A stretch of 64,000 nucleotides of DNA from Zygnema circumcarinatum SAG 698-1b (lineage: Eukaryota; Plantae; Zygnematophyceae). Where the stretch lies: assembly GCA_037447605.1 (NCBI GenBank), contig CM074807.1, positions 620,001 to 684,000 of the forward strand. The letters are read 5' to 3'. The notes beneath the pieces are model-generated. The model made no database searches. It was not told the DNA's origin and saw only the letters and a program-made list of their open reading frames with translations. Positions 23,300-38,433 of the stretch are shown piece by piece. Within the stretch, counting starts at the first letter, position 1; each line of letters begins with the position of its first letter. Made by a program: the position numbers and the translations under genes.

Positions 23300-25244
23300 A
23301 AGAGACCGCACCCTCAACCGTGTGGGGGGCAATTTTGTCGTTTAACGACCACCTTTCAAGCCGGTCGTCCTACAGTACACGCATACCACAAAAATCACTA
23401 CGTGGCACGAAGTCTAGCTGGATGTACCGTACGAACCGTACGCACACGCTATTTTGTCGCTTCGTAAAACTAGTGAGGTGCCACGTAAGTCCGTAAACGT
23501 ACCTACGGAACCACCACCGTTGTCTGACCAATCAGAAGGCGCCACGACTTGCGGGTGGCCGCGGTCGGAAGGGCCAGGGCTGACGCGGGCGCCATCGGGC
23601 CGATCAAGGTCGACATCGGGATCCAGATCAACTTCGAGTTCAGATCAAGGTTGGATCAATGCCACATCCATCGCCATGGTCTGCATGCCACGTGGCAGCG
23701 GCGCATTCGTTGTCATAAGGGGAGGCCCTCCTCGGGATGCCACGATGGCAGCCACGTGGGACCACGTCCGGACGTCTCGCATTTGCACGCTTACGGACAG
23801 CATTTCCTAATAGGGGGTCTCAGACTTAAAAAACGATTACCAATTACCAAGCTGTACGATTACCAAGTTTTCGAGTCAACTTCACCAGTCTCGCGCCCCC
23901 CGAACGTAACCGTGATCGTGACGCGACGTGACTTTATCACCACTCCGCATTTGCCGGTATGACCAATTTCCAAAGGCGCGATGACCAACTTCGCCCGCGN
24001 NNNNNNNNNCCTCTCCCTCCCCCTCTGCCACTCCATCTCCATCTCCCCCTTTGTCGCCCACTACCAATGCCTCTCCCTCTCCATTTCCCACTGCCTCACC
24101 CTCTCCCTATCCCTCTCTTCTTCCCACTACCTCTTCCTCTCCATTTCCCACTGCCTCACCCTCTCCTTATCCCTCTCTTCTTCCCTCTACCTCTTCCTCT
24201 CCATTTCCCACTGCCTCTCCCTCTCCCTATCCCACTCCCTCTCCCACTGCCTCCTCTCTCCTCTCCCTCTCCCTCTCCCTCTCCGTCTCCACTGCCTCTC
24301 CCTCTCCATCTCCCACTGCCTCACCCTCTCCCTATCCCTCTCTACTTCCCTTTGCCTCTTCCTCTCCATCTCTAATTCCTNNNNNNNNNNNNNNNNNNNN
24401 NNNNNNNNNNNNNNNNNNNNNNNNNNNNNNNNNNNNNNNNNNNNNNNNNNNNNNNNNNNNNNNNNNNNNNNNNNNNNNNNGAAGCAGGTCGGCCGCTGGA
24501 GTTCTCGCAGTGGAGGAAAGGGAAGACGCAGGGTCCGGGTTGGTAATTCAAAATTGGCGGACCGACGCCGCATCGGGCGATCTACCCACGCTGTCAAGTA
24601 GCCTTTTAAGTTTGAGACTTCAAGGCTGGCGTAAGCCGTCATCGCTACCAGAAATTGGTCATACCCCAAGAAATGCGTTTTAGGTCTCGCACTTAAAACG
24701 ACACACTACTGCCGGTGACGATTACTGCTTTCGGAATAATCTCTACTCAAATTAACGTGAATCATGACGCGACGCTGACGCCGACTTTATCACCACCGCG
24801 ATTTTGCCGGGTATTTACCACTTCCAGCGCCGATGACCAACTTCGGCCGGGTCTCAAACTTAAAAAGCGCCGCGAACGCGCTGGTAGATCGCCGATACCG
24901 GACAGCCGATGCCGCACTTTGAATTGCAAACCCGACCCCGCGGGGCGCGGCGGGAGGGGATGTCGTCAGCGCTGACGCCACGCGACGCTCGCTTCATTAC
25001 CATTTCTTTCATGGAGACCTAAAACCACCGGCTAGCGGGTGATAAGCTCGTGATAGGTCAGATGATTACCAAGCCCCACACGACCACTTCGACTCACAGA
25101 CGATACTGCTGACTCAGATTTGGTTCGCACAGTTCGCAAAGAATCATTATTACTGACTCTATCCCCGACACAATTACTGCTTCGACGACAATAAGTTTTG
25201 TTTATCCGAGACTCTATTCGTAAACCAACTTATACCACGTATCT

Positions 25245-25325
25245 GGGACGGGACAGGACGGGACGGGACGGACGGGACAGGGACGGGACGGACGGGACGG
25301 GGACTCCGGGACGGGGACGGGGGCG
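25245..25325 (+). repeat. (GGGAC)n simple repeat
   Basis: Imperfect GGGACGGGAC run seen directly. Confidence 0.8.
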
Positions 25326-25973
25326 GGGGGGACGGAAGCGGAGGGTGGGGGAACAAGAACAAGGGGATTGAGAACCCCAGAGGGGCATTCCCCTCAGCAG
25401 GAGTCGCTTCAGTTTCAGAAACTCGTCCGATCAATTTGTAAAACTGCAAATGGCACCTCTCTTGCCTTCAAAGTTCAATACAAGTGCCTCACACAAAGTG
25501 CCAAGGCTCAATAAATGGCTGACCTGACGGTAATTCTAAAGCAAACCCCAGCTCAACATAACGCTACAAGTGCAAGGGAACCCATCCCAGTAGGAAGCCA
25601 ACCCTTTCCTCCGCCATGCCCCTGCCCATGTGAGGGGGGGCATCATGCCTGTCCTCCTTCATCGTCGTTAACATCAACATTATCGTGGACATCATCATGC
25701 ATAATGGGCCCGCGATCACCCTCTCATGTGATCATGATGTCTATATGCAAGGAGAACTCTAACCCTAACTAACATACCTTCCTATGGGAGAAAGAGACCT
25801 CTGCCCCTCTTCTGTCTGCATACGCTCTCAAGAAGGGCAGCTCTAGGGCACAGCGCATTCTCAGATCGAGGAGAAAAGACCTTCCATAACGGCAGACTCA
25901 CGGGCCGTACAGTGGGCCTGTTCGACATACGTGGACTCGTATCAAGGTTACATCATTTCAGCACATCTCAACA

Positions 25974-28421
<2,448 letters not shown>

Positions 28422-28775
28422 GGCTGCCTGCCTGCTTGCCTTCCTGCCTGCCTCCCTGCCTGCCTGCCTGCCCTGAGCAGGAGCAATGGCCGTCTAGGGC
28501 TTGCACCAACCTCCCCCTTGCAGGCACCAGGACCGTACTGTACGGACCGGGCCAACAGGGAATTACAATACAGTACCGTGCAGGGTTGCGCGGGTACAAA
28601 GGGGGTACAGGACCTTGGCAACACGGAATTACAGTATTGTGCGGGTACAAATGGGGAAAGAGAAGGACCCTAGGATTGTTGATGTTGTGCGAGTTCCATG
28701 CCATTTCATGGTTCATTTTTTATTATGCTTTGGAAGTTATGAGAAAAGAGTACTGTACTGAACCAGAGGTGGGAC

Positions 28776-28940
28776 CATTGGACCAACCATTGGCGATTCA
28801 ATGGTTGGGAACCATTGGCAATGGTTGTGAACCATTCATTCGCGTTCGCGACCCAGACAACCACTGCAAATGGTTCCAACCATTGGATTCAATGGTTACC
28901 AACCACTGCCAATGGTTGACAGTTCAATGGTTGCCGATCC
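28776..28940. repeat. Degenerate palindromic array of AACCATTG/CAATGGTT motifs upstream of the LIM gene
   Basis: Repeated CCAACCATTGG and AATGGTT units resembling the 61-bp repeat at 23040. Confidence 0.65.
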
Positions 28941-30349
28941 CGTGGTCCCACCTGTGACAGTTTTCATGGTCTCCGTATCGCCTCATATCTCCATATATAT
29001 CGCACGACGCTCGCGCCTCCACGTCGACCCTGCAGAACCGACAAAATCCGTACGCGTTTCCTACGGCCCCATCCCAATGGGATGTACGGCGTGACGTGAC
29101 GCCTTCGCTTTCCACTTTTCCCCCGCCGCCGCCTCCTGCCACGTGGCGCCTCCCGTCCCGGCCCGCTGCTGCTGCTTGCCGGGGTTCAGGGCTCTGCGCT
29201 GGCAGGAATTAGGGATTAAGCAGCGCTCCTTCCTGCTCCGGGAGGGGGAGGTGAGGGGAGGGGCAGACCGTACAGCGCCATATGCTGCTGCGAGGTATGG
29301 ATGGGGGGGGGGGGAAGGGGTATGGGGGGGTGGATGGGGCATGGATGGGTGAAGGGTTTGGAGGGCCTTCAGGAATTAGGGTTTGGAGAGTGGGGGAGGG
29401 TTGCAGAAGAGCGGAGGGATACGCGGTTTTAGGGTTTTGATGGGGAAATGGAGGGAGGGTGGAGGCAGAAGAGGAGGAGGTGGGGACAAAAATAGGATTA
29501 CAGTTCTTATTATGTAGACATTGGTAGAGGGATAGAGAGTAGGAGAGAGGTAGAGAGGGCGAAAGAGAGTGAGTAGGGACGAGGGATGGTGGAGGGGAGA
29601 GAGGGGAGGAGAAGGTTTTTCTAACAAAGTTCGTGCGAATTTGCTAATACATGCTGAAAATCTTGATGCACGTATGTGTTTTAGGGGCATTGGCACTACG
29701 GTTTTCTCTCAGATGAGCGAAATTCCTGCACATTTTTCGAAGAAGATAAACATGCATTCTGCATGAAGAATTAGGTTGAATGCAGGGGGAATTGGCTGCA
29801 TCGCATCGTTCAATTTGACATTGTGCATGCATGGTCTTGGAAGGCTGAACATAAGGGACCCTTCTTGCTGTGAAAGAAGAGGAGGAAAGGTGGGGGAGGG
29901 GGGAGAGCGAGGGGGAGAGAGAAGGAGAGAGAGAGAGAGGGGGGGGGCGGGAGTGGAGGGGGGAGGAGAGAAGGAAGATTTGAGAGTAATGGGGGAGGGA
30001 GGGAGGGAGAGGGAGAGGGAGAGGGAGAGGGATGGGCGGAGAGATTGTCAAACGGCTTTCAACGGAATTCTTTGAAGGACAACCCAAAAGAACAAAGCGG
30101 GTTGGGCGGTGTTGTTTATCTAAATGAGGTTGCGAGATCATTTCTGCGTTGTCACTCGGCTGTCCTTCTTGCAAGGGGAGTGACAAACAGTGGAAACCAG
30201 AAGAAAATTTCAAAGATTTTTCCTCCCACAGCATAAGACTGAGATATCTTCAAAGAAACTTGAACTGTAGTTTCCTCCTTGGGTGGCTTTTTACAGTCTT
30301 GAAATTATCGTATGAGTACTGAAACGAGCATTCATTTTGTTAATTCAGG

Positions 30350-33300
30350 ATGAAACTTTGGGTCGGACTCAGGCCGGAGCCTCATCTAAATGCTTTATTG
30401 CCCTTATCAGGTATTGTCATAAACCATCTCTATTATATCCACCTAATTCCTATCGTCCACCATTTTAGGCTTGGAAAGTTCACCATTTGCAGTTGCAATG
30501 CTATATGAATCTCTGCCTGCAATTATTATGGTCTGCCATGGTTATATTGAATCTTCCAAAACCCACCATTTTGACTCTTAATATTGCATATTTTCCTTTT
30601 CCAGGACGAATCAGAGTCCGCCACCTGTCATCGTTTCTCTTGAACGATCGACAATCCACTCGCCAGCTGGCGCTGCTTCAGCAGATCACTCTCTGCTCTG
30701 TGAGTTGCTCAGCCAATCATGTGCTGACAGCTGGCAAGCCTGCACAGAAGGTCAAAGCCTGCTGGGCCCAGCCTTCCTACCACAGAGGAGATTCTGCAGG
30801 ATCTCAAAATCGGTACTCTGCAAAATCAGTACTGATATGTTCAGCGAAAGGGAGGGGAGAGCCGGAAGCTGCAAGTGATAGTGAAGATGATCTTTTAACA
30901 TGGGAAGACGACGAAGAAATTGAAATGCCAGAAGCTCCTCAATATACAACTTATGTGGACCCCATGAGTGGGGAAGTAAGTCCAGTTTTTGGAGATAGGG
31001 CGAGGATACCTACTTGGGCTTTGGGAGCAGGGTTAGGGAGGAGAGGGAAAGGACTGACAGGGAGGATCACAAAGGGAGAGAGTGAGGGAGAGGGGGGGGG
31101 AGATGTAGAGTACTGGAAGGAAACTGCGGCTGCAGGTAGTAGAAAGCGGAGGGCTGGTTTGGAAGGTGTAACTGGGAGGAAGGAGGGAGAAGGAAGGGGG
31201 GAGAGAGAGAGAAAGCCAGAGATAGAGAGAGAGAGGAGAGAGAGAGAGAGGAGTGAGGAGAGTGTGAGGCAAGTTACAGAGACAGCAGCAGTTGGACGCA
31301 GGCGAGGGAGGCTTAGGAAAGCAGCGAGTGAAGAGAAAACAGAGCTGAATGCTGAACAGAGCAGGGAGAAAACCCACCCCCAATTTGCAGAAACAGTCCA
31401 AGCTGCAGGTTCGTTAAACGGAAAGGAACTTCACATAGAGCGTCAGTCAATCGTTCCAACCGTAGCAGAGGTTGTAGAACCTACTCCCTCTAAGACTCCC
31501 AGGAAGGCAAAAGTAGAAGAAACACCTCTCAAAAAGTCAGGATGGACTTCGAAGTGGACCGACCCTCCCCGTGATGATGGTCTCCTTCCGGGCATTCGAG
31601 AGACCAACAAAGTTCTGAAGGAGATGTGGGCAGAGAAGGGGGCTCGGGGGGAGCCCTTTGTGAAGGAGGCAGAGAGGGGGGAGGCTCCCTCTGAGGATGT
31701 GGACGGGCTATGGCTGCACCACAAGGAGGCGAAGAGGAAGGACAGGCCGGGAAGCACATGGCAGAAGCCGGCTCCGACGTGGGAAGCGGTGAGAAAGGGT
31801 GGGGAGAAGGAGAGAGAGGAGGGGGGGAGAGGGAGAGAGGAGGGGGGAGGAGAGAGAGGGGAGAGGGAGAGAGAGGGGGTGAGGGGAGAGAGGGGTGAGA
31901 GGGGAGAGAGGGGAGGGAGGGAAAGAGAGGGGGGAGGGGAAAGAGGGGAGGGGGAGAGAGAGATGGGGGAGAGGGAGAGAGGAGGGGGGAGAGGCAGAGA
32001 GAGGAGGGGGAGAGAATGAGGGGGGAGAGGGAGGGAGAGGGGGGAGGGGAGAGAGGGGAGGGGGAGAGAGAGAGGGGAGAGAAGGAGAGAGAGGGGGAGG
32101 AGAGAGAGGGGAGAGGGAGAGAGTGGGAGTGAGGGGAGAGAGGGGAGAGACGGAGAAGGTGACAAGTGACGAGGGAGAGTGGGGGGATGAGGGTGGGGAG
32201 GATGAGAGAGGAGAGAGTGAGAGAAGGTGATAGGTGAAGAGGGATAGGGTGGGAGAGAGAGGCGGAGAGGGGAGAGAGGGGCGAGGGAGGAGGGAAATGA
32301 GGGGAAAGGGAGGAGAGTTAGGGAAGACGATAGGGGGAGTGGGAAAGAGGGCAGGGGAGAGAGAGCGAGAGCAGAAAGTGGGGAGAGAGAGCAGGGAAAT
32401 AATGGGAAAGGGAGAATAGAGAGTGGATAGATGGGGATAAAGCGAGGGTGTGGGAGAGAGAGGGAGAGAGTTGATAGAGAGGGTAGAGGGCGGAGAGGGA
32501 GGAAAGAAGGCGATAGGGAGGGAGAAAAAGAGAGAAGAGAGGGAAGGAAGCCGAGAGAAGGGAGAGAGGGGAGTGGGATGAGAGAAATAGGGGGAAGGGA
32601 AGGGAAGTGAGAGAAGTGACAAGGCTATAGGTGGGCGAGCGAGTGGGGGAAGGAGATACAGAGGAGAGAGGGGAGAAGGGAGGGAGAGGGATACGGGCAC
32701 TCAACCATTTCGGAAACTGCTTGTAAAGGTTTTGAGGCTTGGCTTGTCAGTGGTTTTGGGAACATTTTTTTTTTTGGAGGCGTAGGAACGATGACACTTG
32801 TGACTGCAGACATTACGAAGTTTGACCTTAGAGATGTGATTTTCTCGCGGTCAAAATGGCTGATACGATTTACGTACTGATTATGATTACTAATTATGAT
32901 GGATTGGAAATTTGAAACCTAACTTGAAACACTTTGGATGTGGGGAAATTTTCAGGCCATGCTCGCGGCTGCCGCGGAAATGGGGCAGGTGAAACTTTTC
33001 GGGGAAAAGCCGACGATGACTGAGGCAATGTTGGCAAGAGCGAGAAAATCTGTCTTGAAACAAGAAAGGTGTGCATACTAGCCTTTTGTAAACTCGACCC
33101 TAAAAACCCTAAAAACCCTAAAAAACGTAAACTCGAACAAGCCAAACAAGGCGAATGAAGCAGTGCAGTTTCTAGTTTCTATTTCACAAGTAAATAAACA
33201 AACTAAACTCGGAGCAGGCTCGGCAACTGTCCCTTCATCTTCCGTTTTTTTGGTATTACTTAGAATCGACCCTCCTCCTCTTAATGTGATACTCCGCCCA

Positions 33301-34486
33301 CTCCCTTTCCACCCCAAAAAAAAAAAACAAATTCATCCTCTCCCTCCCTCCCTCCTGCAGACTGGACATGGAAGGGCAGCTCTATGACCGACTCGGTTCC
33401 GTTGGGTACTACCGTCAGTGGGTCTCCGCATGGAAAGGGGACTCCTCCCTGGAAGCAGTTCAACGGAGAGTCGAGGAAGGAATCTCAGTTGCAGAGCAGT
33501 TGGTAGAAATGCTGAGCATGCAAACCACTTCAGAGTATCAGCGAATGGCAGCAACTGACACACGTGTGGGGAGAGATCCGCTATCATATCGTATGACAAT
33601 AGATCAAGTAAAGGAAGGTAGGGCTGAAAAATAGACCTTCAGAATCTAACCCTAAATTCGGTTCTCCCTTCTCCCCTCTTTGCTTTGTTTGTTTTGCCTC
33701 TCTCCCCTCTCCCTTCCTCCCCTCTCCACTTCCCTTTCTCTTATTCTTCTCTTCACTTCACTCCACTTCTTCACTTTCCTCTCCACTTCACTTTCCACTT
33801 TCTCTTCTTCACTTCTTTCTCTTCACTTCTTCACTCCACTTTCCGCTCGTCCTTACTTTTCTATTAAGCTCATATCTTGTTTGCTTCCCATATGCAGTCT
33901 GGGGAGGCATTAGACATTAGGTAGGGCTGAAAGATAGACCTTAGAATTTAACCCTGAATTCGGTTCTCCCTTCTCCCCTCTTTGCTTTGTTTGTTTTGCC
34001 TCTCTCCCCTCTCCCTTCCTCCCCTCTCCCTTCCTCCCCTTTCCCTTCCTCCCCTCTCCTCTTCCCGCTCGTCCTTACTTTTCTATTGAGCTCATATCTT
34101 GTTTGCTTCCCATTTTCAGTATGGGGAGGTGACCCTGTAATCCCAACTGCAAATTATGAGCGGGACCCAAATGCTGTGGTTGATTACCGCGGACCCAATT
34201 TCCACGAACCTTCTGAAGACCCTTTCGATGCTGTCATAAAGGTCTGAAACCCTATTTTTTTGGACCCTGCTTGTTCTTTTTTCCCTCTTTCCGTTGGAAC
34301 TGTAGTTGTTATTTCTATCCTCATTTTGGGATTTTGTTCGATTTGGCAGATGGGGCGGTCCATTACGACGGCTGAAATTGAAGCCATTTTGGCTCGGGAG
34401 AAGGAGGAGGAGCTTATGCAGGTAGAAGAATAGCCCTTATTTGAGCTTATACGCCGTTGTCTCTCCTCCCTCCTCTCTCCCCCTCC

Positions 34487-34524
<38 letters not shown>

Positions 34525-35437
34525 TCTCACCCTATCTCTATCTCTTTCTCTCCATTTATCGTGGCTGGGAATCTTGTCGCTTTAAGAAGTGAACTGGGCA
34601 ACAGAAGCTGGTGAAATTAGTGCGGAACTTTCCGCTCTACAGCTTCCTTTTCTTCTGCTTTATTTCTTGATGCATATTCATACTGTTGGGAGATAACTTT
34701 TTGTGCAGGGGAACATCGTTGAGGATGATGCGGAAGCCCTTGACATCAGCGAAGAGGCAGTGGTGAGTTTCCATCTCCACATCTGATGGACTCAAAATTC
34801 TTAAGCATAAAAGCCATAGAAAACCTAAAATTTGGTGAAGAAATCTTGGAGTATGATGTCAGTACATGGAGAGAGAGAGAGAGAGAGAAACTTTGTTCAA
34901 AACAAGCAGACGGAAGGTTTTAACTTGAGATAGTCAGATTCTGTGGTTATGGCATTCCTGCTTTCATTGATTTGGAAGACTGTGTGTTGACAGGATGACG
35001 ATGACGATGAATTCGCGGAAGATATAACCGCTGAAAATGAAGGTGAGGAAGATGAGGAAGATGAGGAGGAGGAGGAGGAGGAGGAAGAGGAGGATGATGT
35101 CGCCCCATTGAGGACAAATGGGACGATGGGGCAGTCCAGGGGGGATGCTCCGAATGGAAGGGGACTTAGGCGAGACGAGAAACCACTAGGAGACGTCGAT
35201 TGGCTAAAGCAGTTTCAGAGTTACATAAAGGAGAATCCGAAATCTAGGGGCACGGCGGTACGGATGAGTGATAAGCTTCAAAGGACTGCAATTGAGGAGG
35301 AAGAAGAAGAAGAGGAGGAGGAGTTTGAGGAGGAGGAGGAGGAGGAAGTGGGGCAGGAGGAGGTAGAGGGAGTGGCGGATGTGCGAGAGCAGAAGGAGAG
35401 AGGGAAGGGGGTTGGGCAGAAGGGACAGAGATGGTAA
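30350..35437 (+). CDS. PTAC12: pTAC12/HEMERA/PAP5 homolog (plastid RNA polymerase-associated protein)
   Basis: Exons 30350-30410, 30605-31788, 32956-33068, 33361-33617, 34120-34241, 34350-34421, 34709-34762, 34994-35437. VKLFGEKPTMTEAML.RAR, YYRQWVSAWKGDSS.EAVQR, DTRVGRDPL..RM..DQVK.VWGGDPV.PTANY..DPNAVVDYRGPNFHEP match HMR core blocks. The 5' exon is less certain. Confidence 0.85.
33617..34130 (+). repeat. Tandem duplication of an entire intron (donor to acceptor plus exon start) inside pTAC12 intron 4
   Basis: GGTAGGGCTGAAA.ATAGACCTT..TTCGGTTCTCCCTTCTCCCCTCTTTGCTTTG occurs at 33617 and 33920. CGCTCGTCCTTACTTTTCTATT.AGCTCATATCTTGTTTGCTTCCCAT...CAG|T.TGGGGAGG occurs at about 33844 and 34066. 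Confidence 0.9.
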
Positions 35438-35739
35438 ATGCTTGGTGTGAACACTTACTTGTACGGCATCAAAGAATTTTTGATTCTTAATAAACGTATC
35501 GCTTAGAGGTAGGTATGCACGAGCATGGGAAGAGGGGGGGTCTGGGCTTCTGATGCTGCTGAGTAGCTTTCAGGGCAGTCAGAGCCCTGCAAGTGGGCTG
35601 CTCCTAATAGAGAATTGTCGCTGTGAAATGCTGTGAAATGCAACAAACTAACGAGACCCCCATCAATATGCTTGATGGAGGTTAGGTTCATGCTATGATG
35701 GTCATGTCTCCACACATGTGGTCATGCCTTCAAATGAGG

Positions 35740-35925
35740 GCCACGTGGGACCCACGGACCAACCGACCAACGGTTGGCTAGATCCGGCGGTGGTTCGTAT
35801 CTCCTCTCGCTAGTGTGAACACGAGTTGCAGTGTGAACAGGTTCAAATCCAGGGCTGATACTTCGACACGTGGGTCAACGCATGCTCGGCCACGTACCGA
35901 TATTTAGCACTTGCCACGTGGCACT
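35740..35925. promoter_or_regulatory. G-box/ABRE cluster upstream of GPX
   Basis: GCCACGTGGG, GACACGTGGG and GCCACGTGGC lie within about 185 bp of a CpG-rich patch. Confidence 0.45.
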
Positions 35926-36425
35926 AGGATGGCCACCGACACGCTGAGAAGCTCGGCGAAGGTACGAAGTCGGTCAGTTCACAAAAAAACAAAAGGGTTA
36001 GAAATGGAATTTGAAAGCGATTCGGGCAAAGTGAAACGTACCGAATTTGTGACAAGTCGAAGAGATTAAATTTATTTTATTTCTGACCGTTACCTCGTGT
36101 CGGGCGGTAATTAGAAACTCCACAAGGAAAAACCAAGGTGGAAATATATATATATATTACATATTTTTTCCATTTTTGGCATACGTAAACCCCAAAAAAG
36201 AATGGCTCAATTTGTTTTATTCCTGCCCGAAACCATCCGCAGATACCTTAATCTTTTTCCTTTTTCCATTGCAAAACGTTTTTTTGGTAGAAAATTTCCC
36301 TTTCGCCTTTCAATGCTGGGCCAGGCCCTGCGCCTCCCCTTCCCCTTCCCCTCCCTGCCTACGTCTGCAAATTTGGAAGGCAACAAGACTCCTGCAACAC
36401 TCCTGCAACGCCTGAAGCGCAGACT

Positions 36426-38433
36426 ATGGCTGTTGGAGCTCTCGCATCTCGCGGCGCCTTCCTTCGCCTCCCTCAGCCTGCGGCTACTGCAGCAGCAGCA
36501 GCAGCAGGGTCCGGCAGCGCGCCTCGCCTCGTGGGAGCAGCGTCTGCCTCGGTCCGCCTCTCCTTCAGGGACTCTGCTGCCTTTGGTTGCAGCATTCGCT
36601 CCGCGAGCTCGCCTGCTACTCAGAGTCGCAGCTTCAGGGCCGGCATGGCTAAGGCAACTGCCGCCACTTTTGCTGGGAAGACTTTCCATGACTTCACTGT
36701 GAAGGTACATTTTATGTTTATCTGAATCTTTAGGGTATTTTTGAAGGCTACGATGCTGGGAACATTTTGATTTTAGCAACCTCTTCGAGATGACTAGGCT
36801 GTTTCTGACTCCGTGACCGTGTTTCGTGCGCAGGATATTGAAGGGAAAGACGTCTCCTTGAGTCAGTACAAGGGAAAGGTTGCGTTAGTGGTCAATGTGG
36901 CCTCAGCCTGGTACGTTCTCTCTTTACAGAGAGGCTAACGGTATCATCTCGCTAAAAGTTGCAGTGGACATTCTTTTAATAAGCGAATAGCCTTCTTCCT
37001 GGCACCATCCATTGCTCAGTTGTTGTGATGCATGTCTGTTTTTATTATTTGTTGTTTCTTATCATCATTTCTAACGTACGGTTTGGTTGAGTGTACAGCG
37101 GACTCACAGACAGCAACTACAAGGAGCTTACCGCTATTTATGATAAGTACAAAGACCAAGGCAAGTGACCAGCAGCTGCATCAAATGCTATGCTTTCAGA
37201 TTCTCGTACTCGTCTTCATGAAGTTAGCACGGAGTTGTGTGAAAATACTGCATTGTCACTAGTAGAGAGCACTTGTTGCTGTTGCAGGTAGTTGTATGTA
37301 TTTGAAATCTTTCAATTCTACAACATTCTTTGGCTTCAGAATGGAGGAATTAACGGTGACATTCAAGCTACACGATCCGCAGCTGTCTGCAGTCGTTTCG
37401 GACGCTTTTTTAGGCCCCGTGCTTGCACTGAGCGTGCCTTACTTTTTTTTTTTTTTTTTTCAGGTTTGGAAATCCTTGCATTCCCTTCCAACCAGTTTGG
37501 TGCACAGGAGCCAGGCAGCAATGAGCAGATCAAGCAGTTCGCTTGTAGCCGATACAAGGCTACATTTCCTCTCTTTTCGAAGGTGAGCCCTTCTGTCATT
37601 AATCGAAAGAGAGGTGCAACCTTTTTACCTTTTTATATGTCTAAATGTTTCACGGTTTTGCTTGTTGCAAGCGTGTTGTGTTTGCCTTACAAATACTCTG
37701 ATGTTGTGATGATGTTCAGGAGTGAACATTAACGTATTTAGTTCAGACTATCTCTAGTCCTTTGGATGAAAGAGCCTCTCTGCAGGGTTTCGTGGAATAG
37801 TCCCGGGCCTTAATGAATCTATATAGCACTTTTGGATAAGCAGGGACTAAAGAGGGCCTTTCTGAGTCTGCAGATTGACGTGAATGGAGCCAACACCGAG
37901 CCCGTCTACCAATTTCTGAAGTCTCAAAAAGGTGGCGGCTTTCTTGGTGACAACATCAAATGGAATTTTGGCAAATTTTTGGTGGATAAGGATGGGAAAG
38001 TGGTAGAGCGCTATGCCCCCACGACTTCACCTATGGCCATTGAGGTGAGTGGAATGCGTTGTTGTGCTGATGTCAAAGATTTTTTTTTTCATTCATGAAG
38101 TCATAACTGGAAAACCCAGAATAGGAAAGCAAGCCATTTGTGCAGCCAATTCATAAGATGCCTACGTCCATAGTTGAGGATCTGAACAGGTTGCCTGAAT
38201 TACTGTACGGTTCAATCGGTACAAGGATTTCAAACTTTCCTTCAATCGTCAGGCTCTTTCCAAGGGATTATGCCAAAAGGCTCCTCCAAACTTCACTTGT
38301 GGGAGTCACAAAATCTTTTTAAGCATTCATTGCAATGTTGAATTTTACGATACTTTCTTACACTGTGCATACTATGCTTCCTATGTCTGTGCTTGCGGTG
38401 GATGTGCAGGCTGATATCAAGAAGCTCTTGTAA
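36426..38433 (+). CDS. GPX: Plastid-targeted glutathione peroxidase-like (thioredoxin-dependent PHGPX), Cys-type
   Basis: Exons 36426-36704, 36834-36910, 37099-37160, 37464-37582, 37874-38044, 38410-38433. NVASACGLT (TG|C), [44 protein letters not shown]. Ser/Ala/Arg-rich transit peptide. Intron 3 is GC-AG. Confidence 0.95.

Noticed and set aside
36908-37100. Selenocysteine GPX
   Set aside because: The split catalytic codon is TG|C (Cys), not TGA.
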